Shown: positions 15,417-16,166 of the stretch, piece after piece | Numbering within the stretch: the stretch's first letter is position 1 | Layout: every line of letters starts with the position of its first letter | Source of the DNA: Candidatus Methylomirabilales bacterium | GTDB taxonomy: Bacteria; Methylomirabilota; Methylomirabilia; Methylomirabilales; CSP1-5 | Direction: 5' to 3' | Length of the DNA stretch: 16,166 nucleotides | Assembly: GCA_046758505.1 (NCBI GenBank) | Contig: JBHIAH010000058.1 | Location: forward strand, 1-16,166 | Translations under genes and position numbers: made by a program | Notes under the pieces: model-generated | Seen by the model: only the letters and a program-made list of their open reading frames with translations | Databases searched by the model: none | What the model was told of the DNA's origin: nothing

Positions 15417-16166
15417 TTAGAAGCCAAGCTCGCCGGGGAAGTAATGTTCGAAGGCCAGCTTGTAGTCGCACTGGTTCAGCAGGTAGTAGTAGGCGGCCCG
15501 GTGCGCAAACTCCTTCTGCGACTTCACGACCTTCGCGAAGAAGGGATCCTTCTTACTCAACCGGGGAATCAACACGTCCCAGGCTTTGAGCTGCGCGCTC
15601 ATGACCGACTGCGGCGTCCGGTAGACCTTGACGCCAGCCTTGTTCTTGAGCCACTGCAGATCCTTGGAGTACTGATCGATCCCCTTCCAGAAGTTGGCCG
15701 AGGATGCCGCTTCGGCTGCGTACTTCAGGATCGCCTGGTGCTCCTTGGCCAGCGACTTGTACTTGTTTTTGTTCCAGATGATCTCGAAGAACTCGGCGGC
15801 CTGGTGGTAGCTGCCCAGCATGTAAACCTTGCTCACGTCCTGGGCGCCGAAGCTCTTATCCGAGGTCGGGTTGTTGAACTCGAAGGCCTCGATCACGCCC
15901 CGCTCCAAGGCCGGGACGATCTCGCCGCCGGGAAGCTGCGTCACCTTGGTCCCCATCTCCTGGAACAGATCCGCCGCGAGACCGACGGTGCGGTACTTGA
16001 GACCGACCAATTGCTTGGCGGACGTGATCCGCTTTCTGAACCAGCCGAGGGGCTGGGTCGGCATCGGCATGGCGAAGAATCCGACGGTGTTGATCCTCAG
16101 CTTCTCGATCAGCTCCTCGTACAGCTGGTAGCCGCCGCCGTTGTGAATCCAGGCCAGCCCGAGGTG
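15417..16166 (-). CDS. dctP: TRAP substrate-binding protein, ketoacid/lactate-like (TakP-related) family; 5' truncated by window
   Basis: The frame is open to the window edge (HLGLAWIHNGGGYQLYEELIEKLRINTVGFFA-MPMPTQPLGWF). Contains GLKYRTVG, LPGGEIVPALERGVIEAFEFNNP and SYHQ; lies upstream of dctQ/dctM. Confidence 0.92.
   Translation of the reverse strand, partial: HLGLAWIHNGGGYQLYEELIEKLRINTVGFFAMPMPTQPLGWFRKRITSAKQLVGLKYRTVGLAADLFQEMGTKVTQLPGGEIVPALERGVIEAFEFNNPTSDKSFGAQDVSKVYMLGSYHQAAEFFEIIWNKNKYKSLAKEHQAILKYAAEAASSANFWKGIDQYSKDLQWLKNKAGVKVYRTPQSVMSAQLKAWDVLIPRLSKKDPFFAKVVKSQKEFAHRAAYYYLLNQCDYKLAFEHYFPGELGF

Noticed and set aside
7160..16131. Long plus-strand and alternate-frame ORFs over the TRAP and amidase genes (for example 7293..8804, 9841..11232, 13232..14968)
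   Set aside because: They overlap well-supported genes and have the Arg/Gly/Pro-rich or shadow composition of non-coding frames.
1..16166. Mobile elements, CRISPR or other repeat arrays, tRNA/rRNA, defence or phage genes
   Set aside because: No transposase or integrase, spaced repeats, terminal repeats or RNA gene signatures were seen by eye.

Overview
High-GC bacterial chromosomal window with no mobile element, CRISPR array or RNA gene that I can support. It holds two convergent blocks for 2-hydroxy/2-oxo acid metabolism. Plus strand: the 3' part of a DnaJ/CbpA-like gene, two tandem diverged glcD paralogs separated by a probable decayed glcE-like fragment and a promoter, then glcE, glcF and a 99-aa orphan ORF. 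Minus strand: TRAP system 2 (partial ketoacid/lactate-family dctP, dctQ, dctM), a malonamidase-E2-like amidase and a 58-aa two-helix membrane ORF missed by the ORF track. These are followed by an AT-rich promoter with a structured leader and TRAP system 1 (Tat-exported lactate-type dctP, a dctQ fused to a TM2-like domain plus helical extension, and dctM). The best candidate for an undescribed system is the combination TRAP + MAE2-like amidase + microprotein + lactate-type TRAP with extended DctQ + GlcDEF with two alternative GlcD subunits. It could import and oxidise small hydroxy acids or their amides; substrates are inferred, not shown. All family assignments come from motif recognition and recalled sequences, with no searches run.
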